Shown: positions 47,785 to 56,952 of the stretch, piece after piece
Position numbering within the stretch: position 1 is the first letter of the stretch
Layout: each line of letters opens with the position of its first letter
Source: an uncultured Chloroflexia bacterium
GTDB taxonomy: Bacteria > Chloroflexota > Anaerolineae > Aggregatilineales > UBA3940
Direction: 5' to 3'
NCBI GenBank assembly: GCA_963787375.1
Contig: CAWBCR010000031.1
Location: 215,706-279,705 of the forward strand
Length of the DNA: 64,000 nucleotides
Made by a program: the position numbers and the translations under genes
Notes under the pieces: model-generated
The model's database searches: none
Seen by the model: only the letters and a program-made list of their open reading frames with translations
Told to the model about the DNA's origin: nothing

Positions 47785-47881
47785 GAGGATTCGGTAATTC
47801 ATGCGGGCGGGTTGATGCCTGGCACTTTCATCCGAGAGCCAGCCAGCGCATCGATGGGTGCATGAGGCTTTTAGCGGTGCC

Positions 47882-49453
47882 CTACCTCCCCCCATTCCCG
47901 TTGTTCGCCTCTTGCAGCACCGACCGGATCAAATCCTGCTTGTAATTCCACAGCCGCTCAGTCAGCGAGACGTGGTAAATGTGCGGGTTCATCACGCGGC
48001 GCACGCCGGGGTCCAGCCGGTCGAGGTCCGCCCGGCGGCGGGCGCGCATGTCCTCGATGGTCGGCTCCTCGCCGACCCGCTTGCCGTCGTGCAGCACGTC
48101 GACCAGCAGCGGCTCGACCTCGGAGATGTCGCCGTGGCGCAGCGAGCGGTACAGGTTGGCGTCGGACGGGTGGTGCAGCTTCAGCGACTTCATCTCGGCG
48201 GGCTCTTCGTCGTCCAGGCTCAGCAGGTCGACCGCCGCCTTGCCGCGCTGGTCGTAGAGGCGCCAGGCGCACTTGTGGCCGGGGTTGGGCGTCTTTTCGG
48301 GCGTCTCCGAGATTTTGATCGCCGGCGTCCACGCGCCGTTGCGCTCGATGGCGACCAGCTTGTACACCCCGTCCAGCGACGAGTCGCCCTCGGAGGTGAT
48401 CAGCTGCGTGCCGACGCCGTACACCAGCCGCCCGATCAGGCTGTCGGGGTCGACGCCATACGAGGCCGCCTCCGCCTCGATCTGCGTCAGGATCTGCCAG
48501 ATGGTCAGCTCGTCGAGCTGGTTCGACAGCACAATCGAGCACTCGGTGAAGCCCGCCGCGTTGAGCATCTTGGCGGCCTGGATGCTGAGGTGCGCCAGGT
48601 CGCCCGAATCGAGCCGGATGCCGTTTGGCTTATGGCCTTTGCGGCGCAGCTCCTCGAAGACGGTGATCGCGTTGGGGATGCCGCTCTCCAGCGTGTCGAT
48701 GGTGTCGACCAGCAGCAGGCAGTCGTCGGGATAGATCTCCGCGTAGGCGCGGAAGGCGGCCAGCTCGCCCTCGCCCATCGCCATGAAAGCCTGCACCATG
48801 CTGTGCGCGTGCGTGCCCTTGGGCGGATAGCCCAGCGTGTACGACAGCCCGGTGTTCGACGTGAAATCGGCCCCGCCGATCAGCGCGGCGCGCGTCCCGG
48901 CGTTCGCGCCTTTGCCGTGCCCGCGCCGCAGCCCGAATTCGAGCATCAGCCGCCCGCGCCCGGCCTCGTACACCCGCGAGGCCTTGGTCGCGATCAGCGT
49001 CTGGTAGTTGATATGGTTCAGCAGCGAGGACTCTAGCACCTGCGCCATCGCCAGCGGCCCCTGCACGACGGTCAGCGGCACGTTGGGATGCACCACCCGC
49101 CCCTCGGGGATGGCGCACAGCGTGATCCCTTCGAACGTGCCATCGCGGCGCAGCCAGTCGAGGAAGTCGTCGGCGAACAGCCGCTCGCCGGTGCGGCTGG
49201 TGGCGCTGCGCAGGTAGGCGATGTCCTCGTCGCGGAAGTGCGCGCCGTCCATCCAGTCGAGCAGCCATTCCAGCCCGGCGGCGATGCAGTACCCGGCCTT
49301 GTGCCGCCCATAGTCGGGATAGCTGCGGAAGAAGTGGTCGAACTGGGCGGGGATCTCGTGCATGCCCATCCGGTAGTAAAGCTGCGCCATCGTCAACTGG
49401 TACATGTCGGTGAAGAGGATGCCCTCCGCCGTCTGCCGCTGCGATTCTTTCAT
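47882..49453 (-). CDS. pncB: nicotinate phosphoribosyltransferase
   Basis: '[15 protein letters not shown]', 'FGLRRGHG', '[11 protein letters not shown]'. Long form with C-terminal extension. Confidence 0.85.
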   Translation of the reverse strand: MKESQRQTAEGILFTDMYQLTMAQLYYRMGMHEIPAQFDHFFRSYPDYGRHKAGYCIAAGLEWLLDWMDGAHFRDEDIAYLRSATSRTGERLFADDFLDWLRRDGTFEGITLCAIPEGRVVHPNVPLTVVQGPLAMAQVLESSLLNHINYQTLIATKASRVYEAGRGRLMLEFGLRRGHGKGANAGTRAALIGGADFTSNTGLSYTLGYPPKGTHAHSMVQAFMAMGEGELAAFRAYAEIYPDDCLLLVDTIDTLESGIPNAITVFEELRRKGHKPNGIRLDSGDLAHLSIQAAKMLNAAGFTECSIVLSNQLDELTIWQILTQIEAEAASYGVDPDSLIGRLVYGVGTQLITSEGDSSLDGVYKLVAIERNGAWTPAIKISETPEKTPNPGHKCAWRLYDQRGKAAVDLLSLDDEEPAEMKSLKLHHPSDANLYRSLRHGDISEVEPLLVDVLHDGKRVGEEPTIEDMRARRRADLDRLDPGVRRVMNPHIYHVSLTERLWNYKQDLIRSVLQEANNGNGGR

Positions 49454-49592
49454 GCCGCCTGCCTCTCAGCGATCCGTGTGTGCATCGGTATGTCCCCAAT
49501 CATATCCTGCTGACGCCGTCTGCGCCTACCGCCTCGTTGCTCGATGGTACCAGAATCCCATCTATTTGCACGAACCCCCTGCCCTGTCCATC

Positions 49593-49601
49593 TGCTATAA
49601 T
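49593..49601 (+). promoter_or_regulatory. candidate extended -10 (TGcTATAAT) upstream of the response-regulator gene
   Basis: Same 12-nt string tctgctataatc as at 17477..17488. Confidence 0.3.
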
Positions 49602-49652
49602 CCGGTCAGGAGCCATGATTGATCCTGTGCTGCTTAACTATCGAACGCGATC

Positions 49653-50021
49653 ATGCAGACGATCCTGATCGTAGAGGACGAACCCAGCATCCGGCGCTTC
49701 GCAGCGCTGAACCTGCGCGCCAGGGGCTATGACGTGCTCGAAGCCGCCAGCGGCGAAGAGGGCCTGGTCGAGATGCGCGCGCACGCCCCGAACATGCTGC
49801 TGCTCGACATCTGGATGCCGGGCATATCCGGCCTGGACGTGCTGTCCGAGATGTCCGGCGACCCCGCGCTGGCCCGCATCCCGGTGGTGATCTTCACCGC
49901 CGCCATCAACGTCGAGACTATCTCCCGCGAGGAGTACCCCAACATCGCCGATGTGCTGGCCAAGCCCATCAGCGTCATGCAGCTCGTCGAGACGGTGGCC
50001 CACACGCTCAACCCATCCTGA
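49653..50021 (+). CDS. single-domain CheY-like response regulator
   Basis: 'ILIVEDEP', 'LLLDIWMPGISG', 'FTAA', 'KPI'. Confidence 0.8.
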   Translation: MQTILIVEDEPSIRRFAALNLRARGYDVLEAASGEEGLVEMRAHAPNMLLLDIWMPGISGLDVLSEMSGDPALARIPVVIFTAAINVETISREEYPNIADVLAKPISVMQLVETVAHTLNPS

Positions 50022-50234
50022 CCCGCTGAGCGACCGACCCCCACACGCTGTCTCCATCCACAGACAAGATATATTTAGGATTTATTTAGATCCTTTTGGG
50101 ACTTTTTTAGGCCCGCCATGATAGCCTGACTACTGTATGGGCGTGTGCCTTGCAGCGCGCGCCTGGCCCGGAAATAAAAGGGGAGATGCCGGGCGGTTAC
50201 CGGTGAACGACACAGCAAAGGGTGAAGGGACCGA

Positions 50235-51236
50235 ATGAAAAACAAGCAGATTGCCGCGCTGCTGAAAGCGCATGAGGAGCAGGAAGACCTGTTCAAGGGC
50301 CAGGAAGTCATCCCTGAGAACATCGACCGGATTCCCGCAGATGACACGGTGAGCGTCTATTTCAGGCAGATGGCCTCCGAGCCGCTGCTGACCTCCGAGC
50401 AGGAGATCGCGCTGGCCCAGCGCATCGAGCGCGGCCACCAGGCGCAGTGCGTGCTTGACGACGGCAGCGATCTCACCGAGGATCAGCACGCCCGGCTGGG
50501 GGAGATCGCCACGGACGGGCAGGAAGCCCGCCAGCACCTCAGCCGGGCCAACACGCGGCTGGTGGTCAGCATCGCCAAGCGCTACCGCAACCAGGGCCTG
50601 CCCATGTCCGACCTGATCCAGGAGGGCAACGTCGGGCTGATGCGCGCCGTCGACAAGTTCGACTACTCGATGGGCAACCGCTTCAGCACCTACGCAAGCT
50701 GGTGGATCCGCCAGTCGATCACGCGTGCGCTGTCGCAGAAGTCGCGCACGATCCGGCTGCCGCTGCACGTCTCCGACCAGCTTCGCCGGATCAACGTCAC
50801 GCGCGAGGTGCTCAGCCAGCAGATGGGCCACGAGCCGACCGCCGTCGAGCTGTCCAACTACCTCGACATGGAGCCGAGCGAGATCGTCGACACGCTGGAG
50901 AACCACCCGGAGACGGTGGCGCTGGAATTGAGCGTGGGCGAAGACAGCGAGCTGGGCGACTTCCTCGAAGACGACGAGGCGCCCACCCCCGACGAGGCGC
51001 TGCACGAGGTGGCGCTGGTCGAGACGCTGAACCAGATGCTCGACCGGCTGCTCCCGCGTGAGGCGCAGATCCTGCGGCTGCGCTACGGGCTGCGCGGCGG
51101 CGAGCCGCAGACGCTGGAGCAGGTGGGTGACGAAATGGGGCTGTCTCGCGAGCGCATCCGCCAGATTCAGCGGCAGGCGCTGCGCCGGCTGCGCCAGCCG
51201 CAGTACGCCTCGGCGCTGCGCGATTTCTGGGGCTGA
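50235..51236 (+). CDS. RpoD/SigA-family sigma-70 factor
   Basis: Region 2 'RLVVSIAKRYRNQGLPMSDLIQEGNVGLMRAVDKFDYSMGNRFSTYASWWIRQSI'. Region 4.2 'LSRERIRQIQRQALRRL'. Confidence 0.9.
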   Translation: MKNKQIAALLKAHEEQEDLFKGQEVIPENIDRIPADDTVSVYFRQMASEPLLTSEQEIALAQRIERGHQAQCVLDDGSDLTEDQHARLGEIATDGQEARQHLSRANTRLVVSIAKRYRNQGLPMSDLIQEGNVGLMRAVDKFDYSMGNRFSTYASWWIRQSITRALSQKSRTIRLPLHVSDQLRRINVTREVLSQQMGHEPTAVELSNYLDMEPSEIVDTLENHPETVALELSVGEDSELGDFLEDDEAPTPDEALHEVALVETLNQMLDRLLPREAQILRLRYGLRGGEPQTLEQVGDEMGLSRERIRQIQRQALRRLRQPQYASALRDFWG

Positions 51237-51269
51237 CCGAGGGGGGTCAGACTCGATTCATTATTGTCA

Positions 51270-51333
51270 GGGCTTACGCAGTTGAAGCCAATTCAAGATT
51301 GCACAGATATTTCACGGGCAACTGCGTAAGCCC
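51270..51333. promoter_or_regulatory. 15-bp perfect inverted repeat with 34-nt spacer in the sigma/M50 intergenic region
   Basis: gggcttacgcagttg (51270..51284) and caactgcgtaagccc (51319..51333). Confidence 0.35.
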
Positions 51334-51362
51334 CATCACGACGGTTTAGAGAGGGGACTTGA

Positions 51363-52559
51363 GTGCACGGCGGATTTCGCGTTGGCAAGTTATTTGGGAT
51401 CACAGTCACCATCGACTGGAGCTGGCTGCTGATCTTTGTCCTGATCGCCTGGGACCTCAGCTCGACGTTCGGGCAGGTGGACCCCCAGTGGAGCGTCGGC
51501 TTCCAGTGGACGATGGCCATCCTGGCGGCGCTGCTGTTCTTCGCGTCGGTGCTGGCCCACGAGTTTGCGCACTCGCTGGTCGCCCGCGCGCGGGGCATCG
51601 ACGTACGCAGCATCACGCTGTTCCTGTTCGGCGGTGTGTCGAACATCCAGCGCGACCCCGACACGCCCGGCGCGGAGTTCATCATCACCATCGTCGGGCC
51701 GCTGACCAGCCTGCTGCTGGGCTTCCTGATGCTGTTGGTTGCCGGTGTCGGCGTGCTGGAAGCCCGGCAGGCGATAACGAACCCGCTGAACCTCATGAGC
51801 CAGCTCAGCCCGTTCGCGACGATGATGCTGGTGCTCGGCTCGGTGAATGTCGCGCTGGGCATCTTCAACCTGATCCCCGGCTTTCCGCTCGACGGCGGGC
51901 GCATCCTGCGCTCGATCCTGTGGAAAATCACCGGGAATGTGCAGAAAGCCACGCGCTGGGCGTCGTGGGTCGGGCAGGTCATCGCCTGGTTGCTGATCGT
52001 CGGCGGCGTGGCGATGATCTTCGGCATTACGATCCCGTTCTTTGGCACGGGCTTCCTGAGCGGGCTGTGGCTGGTCTTCATCGGCTGGTTCCTCAACAGT
52101 GCGTCGGCGCAGAGCTACCGCCAGGTGCTGCTCGAACACCTGCTGGAAGGCGTGCCCGTCAGCCGGCTGATGCGCCCGAATCCGCAGACCGTCCCGCCGG
52201 TGATCAGCGTCGGCAGCCTGGTGCACGACCATATCATGGGGTCAGACGAGCGCTCGTTCCCGGTGGTGCAGGGCGATCAACTGGTGGGGCTGGTGACGCT
52301 CGACGACGTGCGGCGCGTCACGCGCGATAAGTGGGACGTGACCCACGTCAGCGACATCATGACGCCTGCCGATAAACTGGCAACGGCTGAGGCCAACGAG
52401 GAAAGCAGCGAGGCGCTGCAAAAGCTCATGCAGCGCGACGTCAACCAGATCCCGGTGCTGGAAAACGGGAATCTGGTCGGGCTGCTGCGCCGTCAGGACA
52501 TCATCCGCTGGCTTCAGGTGCAGTCGGGCGGCAGCAAGCTGGGCCAGCAGCCATTGTGA
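51363..52559 (+). CDS. M50-family metalloprotease with tandem CBS domains
   Basis: GTG start after AGAGAGGGG. 'HEFAHS', 'NLIPGFPLDGG'. C-terminal CBS pair ('VVQGDQLVGLVTLDDV', 'VLENGNLVGLLRRQDI'). Confidence 0.8.
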   Translation: MHGGFRVGKLFGITVTIDWSWLLIFVLIAWDLSSTFGQVDPQWSVGFQWTMAILAALLFFASVLAHEFAHSLVARARGIDVRSITLFLFGGVSNIQRDPDTPGAEFIITIVGPLTSLLLGFLMLLVAGVGVLEARQAITNPLNLMSQLSPFATMMLVLGSVNVALGIFNLIPGFPLDGGRILRSILWKITGNVQKATRWASWVGQVIAWLLIVGGVAMIFGITIPFFGTGFLSGLWLVFIGWFLNSASAQSYRQVLLEHLLEGVPVSRLMRPNPQTVPPVISVGSLVHDHIMGSDERSFPVVQGDQLVGLVTLDDVRRVTRDKWDVTHVSDIMTPADKLATAEANEESSEALQKLMQRDVNQIPVLENGNLVGLLRRQDIIRWLQVQSGGSKLGQQPL

Positions 52560-52639
52560 GGGGTGCTTCCTCCAGGGAGGCGGCAGGGGCAGCCTGGCGA
52601 TGTCTTGAAAGTTACATCGCCACCGCCCCTGCTTCGATT

Positions 52640-53854
52640 TTAGCGCACCAGCTTGTGCGCGTTGTGGTCCAGCGTGAACGTCTCCAGCAGCGCCGCCGGT
52701 CCGCGCCATGATTCGTACGGGCGCGCGACGGTGAAGTAATCACCGGTCATCTTCTGCGGCGAGACGGTCAGCCGCATGAAGCCGTGCCGGTCCTCGCAGA
52801 AATTCTCCAGCGTTACGTCACTGTTGGGCATCGCCAGCGGCGGCTGCACCTTGCTGCCGTCGGGCTGCTTGGCCATGTAGTGCAGGTGCCAGTAGCCGCT
52901 CGCCCCGGCGACGATGTACGGCACCTCCCAGCCCTCGACAGCGCGCGTGAAGCGCTGGTAATTGTGGATGTGCCCCGCGAAAACCATGTCGGGCATGCGG
53001 CCCGACTGGTTCACCGCGTAGCTGATCACCTGGCCCATATAGGCGCTGCCGCCGTGATGCGCGTCGGCGGAGTACACCGGGTGATGCGCCGCCAGGATCA
53101 CCGCCTTCTCACGCGGGGCATTGCGCAGCTCGCTCACCAGCCAGTTGACCTGCGTATCGTCGAGGCTACCACCCTCCGGGACGTTGGTGTACAGCCCGAT
53201 GATCGTCACGAACGGCGCGTCGAGCGTCCAGTACACGTTGGGCTGGATCATCGACGTGCGCGGCACGTCGCCCGCTTCGGCCAGGTAGTCGGGAGTTGCC
53301 GCGCAGAAGGTCCGCACGAAGGCCGTCAGCGAGGGCGTCGACTTGTCGAGCACATCGCCGTCGTGGTTGCCGGGGATGGCGAAGATCGGCGCGGCGTAGT
53401 GCGCGTAGGCCTCGTAGAACTGCGAGTAGTATTCGCTCTGCTCGCCGTAATAGTAGACCACGTCGCCGAGGTGGTAGAAGAAGGCGGGCGCGGTAGCTGC
53501 GTCTGCCATGTCGATCTGCTCCTCCATGTGCATCGCCACGATCTCCTGCGGCTGGGGCGTCTTCACGCCGCCGGTGTCGCCGCCGATGTGGAACACGATC
53601 TGCCCGGAGTTGCGGATGGCCTGCACCTGCTCCGGGGCGAGCACGTCGTCCAGCGAGAGGTGATAGGGCGGCTGGCCGGTCGGCTGGGGCAGCGGTCTGA
53701 AGGGCTGGTGCTTGTAGGTCGGGTGGGGGACGCTGACCTGAATCCCGCCCTGCGAGGGGCGCGCCGCGCCGGACGAATAGCCGGTGGGCTGAACGGGTTG
53801 GTTGCTTGTCTGATCGCTCACGCTTGCACACTCCTCAAAAGGGTCTTTCCACAA
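52640..53854 (-). CDS. calcineurin-like metallophosphoesterase
   Basis: 'FHIGGDTG', 'LGDVVYY', 'PGNHD', 'AAHHP', 'FAGHIHNYQR'. Confidence 0.75.
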   Translation of the reverse strand: MWKDPFEECASVSDQTSNQPVQPTGYSSGAARPSQGGIQVSVPHPTYKHQPFRPLPQPTGQPPYHLSLDDVLAPEQVQAIRNSGQIVFHIGGDTGGVKTPQPQEIVAMHMEEQIDMADAATAPAFFYHLGDVVYYYGEQSEYYSQFYEAYAHYAAPIFAIPGNHDGDVLDKSTPSLTAFVRTFCAATPDYLAEAGDVPRTSMIQPNVYWTLDAPFVTIIGLYTNVPEGGSLDDTQVNWLVSELRNAPREKAVILAAHHPVYSADAHHGGSAYMGQVISYAVNQSGRMPDMVFAGHIHNYQRFTRAVEGWEVPYIVAGASGYWHLHYMAKQPDGSKVQPPLAMPNSDVTLENFCEDRHGFMRLTVSPQKMTGDYFTVARPYESWRGPAALLETFTLDHNAHKLVR

Positions 53855-53857
53855 AAC

Positions 53858-53934
53858 AACCAGGACAGGCGAACGCCTGCCCTGTTGTGAGTATAGCGTT
53901 TGGAGAAGCGCCGCCGGTAAGCGAGCTCACCCCC
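53858..53934. repeat. 77-nt direct repeat, copy 1
   Basis: 71 of 77 positions identical to 55990..56066 (manual alignment). Contains the hairpin caggacaggcgaacgcctgccctg. Confidence 0.7.
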
Positions 53935-54271
53935 GCCGCTCACTGCGTACGTGTGATATTTTTTCTCTCTCATGTTCCTTGCTCCTGATTTCTCCAGCCC
54001 GAGACATTTTTCCTGTCCGGGGAATCAGGGCAAGGTCAATCATTACTGGCTAGGTCCCTTTCCATTGAGAATTTGCTGCATACATTTTTCAATCCTTGAC
54101 TCCCGGGTTTTGGATTGTGTCAAGTACCCATTTTCTGAAGGCAAGTGTCTGAGAATGATTGGCTCGCCGGGCGGAATTCCTCCCGAACCCCCTTTCCACC
54201 CGCCTCGCCTTGAAGCGGGAAGCGAAAAGGACGATTTCAAGTTTTTCTTTGGCGGCAATAGTGTTTTAATG

Positions 54272-54865
54272 TTACTGGTTAGACTGCCACTGGCTCAGGG
54301 GTGTGAGCTGTATCTGCTTCGCCAGGGTGTATGCGGTCGCCAGATCGCTGTCGCTCTCGACAAGCGTGCGACCGGCAACAAGCACCGAATTGTTGGGTGA
54401 GGATATCTGCGTCATTCCCTGCGGCACGGCTCCTTTCCAGCCGGGGCCGCTGATCAGGGTGTCGCCGGCCTTGGTTCCCGTGGTGCGTTTGCCGACGTAG
54501 GCAAAATTGGTGTTTTTCGACGGATCGGTGAACTGCACGCTGTAGTAACGACCGGCCATATCCGGCACGTGCAAGATTTGCGGTCCTTTACTGAGGTCTA
54601 ACCAGCCGACCGTAAGGAGCGTGTCGTGGTTCACGCCGGTAGTCATCAATTTTGAGGCCGAGGCGGGCGGGTGGAGGGGGTCTGCAAAAATCGCTTGGGG
54701 CTCCGTGTAGAGCGTATTGACCGGGATGGGGCCGTCGCCGCCTCCTTTAACGAGGATCGCTCTCTTGTACACATACAGCAGCAAACTTGGCCAGAAGTAG
54801 GTGAAAAGGGCCCATGCCACGACCATGACTGCACCGAATATGAGTAAATGTTCGTACGCCATCAT
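54272..54865 (-). CDS. DUF1254-domain protein with N-terminal TM helix
   Basis: 'GRYYSVQFTDPSKNTNFAY', 'GPGWKG'. Its ATG overlaps the upstream gene's stop (ATGA). Confidence 0.65.
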   Translation of the reverse strand: MMAYEHLLIFGAVMVVAWALFTYFWPSLLLYVYKRAILVKGGGDGPIPVNTLYTEPQAIFADPLHPPASASKLMTTGVNHDTLLTVGWLDLSKGPQILHVPDMAGRYYSVQFTDPSKNTNFAYVGKRTTGTKAGDTLISGPGWKGAVPQGMTQISSPNNSVLVAGRTLVESDSDLATAYTLAKQIQLTPLSQWQSNQ

Positions 54866-55533
54866 TTCATCTCCACAACAGGCGGCACCGTATACTCGCC
54901 GTCGAGAATGGCTGTGCCGGGCATATACGCGCGCAGCCAGAGGATGAAGTTGCCTGCAGGCGCGGGCAGCCAGTTGGATTCGTGCCCCACCGGAGCGGTG
55001 TTCTGCATGTAAACGTCGACGGAGCCATCGGCGTTTTGCGCAAGGCCGGAGCGGTCGCTGACGCTGTATCGGTTGATCGGATTCGACACAAAGTGATTAT
55101 TCGCATCACCCATCGTCAGCGACCAGAATGCATCGTTGGGCGGGAGCCCGCCTGCCGGAAAGTGCATGAGGTAGTCGTGCCGTCCGCTCAGTGTGTGGCC
55201 CGCGCCATCTGCGTTCGTCCACCAATACATCGCCTCTTGCGGCACGTTCACCGGGCCGGGGAACAGTTGGGCGTGCGCGGCTCGCAGCAGCATGCCGTTG
55301 CTAGGCTCGCCTAATCCAAACATGGTGATCCAGCCGTTGACCTTGGTGGCCTTGATCCTCGCGTAAATCTGGGCCATGACAAACGCCAGCCCAAAGCCGA
55401 TGAGGACGCCTTGTATCACGTCGCTCTGCACGGTTCTCGTACTCAAATCGATAAAGAAGAGCAAACGGATGATGAAGTAGGCGCATATCGCGCCGATGAG
55501 TATCGTAAAATAAGTGAATGTTGTTCTGCTCAT
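54862..55533 (-). CDS. DUF1214-domain protein with N-terminal TM helices
   Basis: 'NDAFWSLTMGD..NRYSVSD', 'NWLPAPAGNFILWLRAYMP'. Confidence 0.65.
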   Translation of the reverse strand: MSRTTFTYFTILIGAICAYFIIRLLFFIDLSTRTVQSDVIQGVLIGFGLAFVMAQIYARIKATKVNGWITMFGLGEPSNGMLLRAAHAQLFPGPVNVPQEAMYWWTNADGAGHTLSGRHDYLMHFPAGGLPPNDAFWSLTMGDANNHFVSNPINRYSVSDRSGLAQNADGSVDVYMQNTAPVGHESNWLPAPAGNFILWLRAYMPGTAILDGEYTVPPVVEMK

Positions 55534-55534
55534 G

Positions 55535-55738
55535 TTATTGATTCCTTTGACTTAACGGTATGAGCCGTATCTGTTTTGCAAGGCCATAGGCAGTTGGGAG
55601 GTCGCTGTCGCTGTACACGAGTATCCGTCCTATGACGAGCACCGAGTGATTCGGCGAGGATATTTGCATCATACCGCTTGGCACCTGTCCCTTCCAGTCC
55701 GGCCCCGTGATGAGGTAGTCACCTGACCTTACCCCGAT
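55535..55738 (-). pseudogene. 5'-truncated DUF1254 paralogue (C-terminal ~65 codons only)
   Basis: 'GDYLITGPDWKGQVPSGMMQISSPNHSVLVIGRILVYSDSDLPTAYGLAKQIRLIPLSQRNQ*' parallels the C-terminus of gene 54272..54865. In-frame stop at 55739..55741 and no start codon. Confidence 0.6.
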
Positions 55739-55908
55739 TTAACGGACACCTTCAGAACAAACATTCGAACTGCGACATCATAATCGATAGGCCCCTGATT
55801 GTTGAACTACGACAATATTAATGAGAATATCGCTAGGTCAAACATTTGTTCTAGATTTGAATAGTGGGAAGGGCGGGTGACCTCACCCTGACCTCGCTGC
55901 GTCAGTCT

Positions 55909-55962
55909 GCCCCTCGCCACCAGGCATAAGCGCCGTGGGCGCGTTGCCCGAGAGGGGCGAGG
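55909..55962. repeat. palindromic intergenic repeat sharing a 34-nt core with 24888..24936
   Basis: gcccctcgcc ... gcataagcgccgtgggcgcgttgcccgagagggg. 31 of 34 core positions identical. Confidence 0.6.
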
Positions 55963-55989
55963 TTTGTATCCTGCGCACATCGATACACA

Positions 55990-56066
55990 AACCAGGACAG
56001 GCGAACGCCTGCCCTGTCGTGAGTATAGCGTCTGGAAAACCGCCACCGGTAAGCGACCTCACCCCC
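55990..56066. repeat. 77-nt direct repeat, copy 2
   Basis: See 53858..53934. Confidence 0.7.
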
Positions 56067-56148
56067 TGCCTCGCTTCGCGCAGCCTTTCCCCCTCTCCAG
56101 ATATAGGTAACACCCATATCCTACGGCACTACCCTCCCGCATAACACC

Positions 56149-56826
56149 CTACCTGACTCCGACGGTCAGGTCTTTGTCTTCCATTTCCCAGGCGTGATCC
56201 AGCGTGTGATAGGCGGTGTGCCGAATCAGATACCGGAGCGGCCAGGTTCGGGCCATTTTGCCCTCAGAATGGAACGTCCGAATGGCATTGCAATAGGCGT
56301 CGCGGTGCGCTCTCAGGCCCTCGTCGGTCAGATTCGCACCGTCAGGAGTGCGTAGACCGAGCTTCTTAGCCCAGTCCTGCTCCGTGACCAGCACGTGCCG
56401 GACGATGCGGTCCCGATCCCGCCCGCCCCCTCGCGGACCCTTCTGCATCTCAGCCGACACGCGCAACCGCACATCATCGAAAAACGCCCAGCAGGCCTGC
56501 ATCAAGGTCAGTTCGCGTTCCAGTTCTCCGCTCGATAAGTCTTGCCTGTCGAAGCTTGAGAACGCGAAAGAGATGCCCCAGAAGTCGGTTGATCCCGTGC
56601 CCGGATATTGTTCAACCATGTCAACCGTGGTGATAGCTGCAAACTCTCCATCCATCCCGGCCAGCTTCGCCACCTGGGCATAGCGTGGAAGATAGGATTG
56701 CAACCTTTCAATCGCGGCCTCCCCGGTCTTCGCACCACGCTCCAGACCGGGCCAATCCGGCGCCACTGCCACCACCTTCTTGCCTTTCGGTCCGATTTCG
56801 AGCGTCACCCGAAGTTGGTTAGCCAT
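56149..56826 (-). CDS. hypothetical protein (C-terminal DinB-like His-rich helix signature is tentative)
   Basis: ATG at 56826 (MANQLRVTLEIG..). 'LIRHTAYHTLDHAWEM'. Lower G+C than the flanks. Confidence 0.5.
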   Translation of the reverse strand: MANQLRVTLEIGPKGKKVVAVAPDWPGLERGAKTGEAAIERLQSYLPRYAQVAKLAGMDGEFAAITTVDMVEQYPGTGSTDFWGISFAFSSFDRQDLSSGELERELTLMQACWAFFDDVRLRVSAEMQKGPRGGGRDRDRIVRHVLVTEQDWAKKLGLRTPDGANLTDEGLRAHRDAYCNAIRTFHSEGKMARTWPLRYLIRHTAYHTLDHAWEMEDKDLTVGVR

Positions 56827-56952
56827 CTCTGCTTCCCTGACGGTCAAGAGGTCAATTTTCGCCCCTTTACCTTTCCGCTTTTTCTCAACATGTTACCATC
56901 AAAAACAGTCAGAGCCTGCCCTCGCGAAGCGTGGCAAGGGATGAGGTAATTG

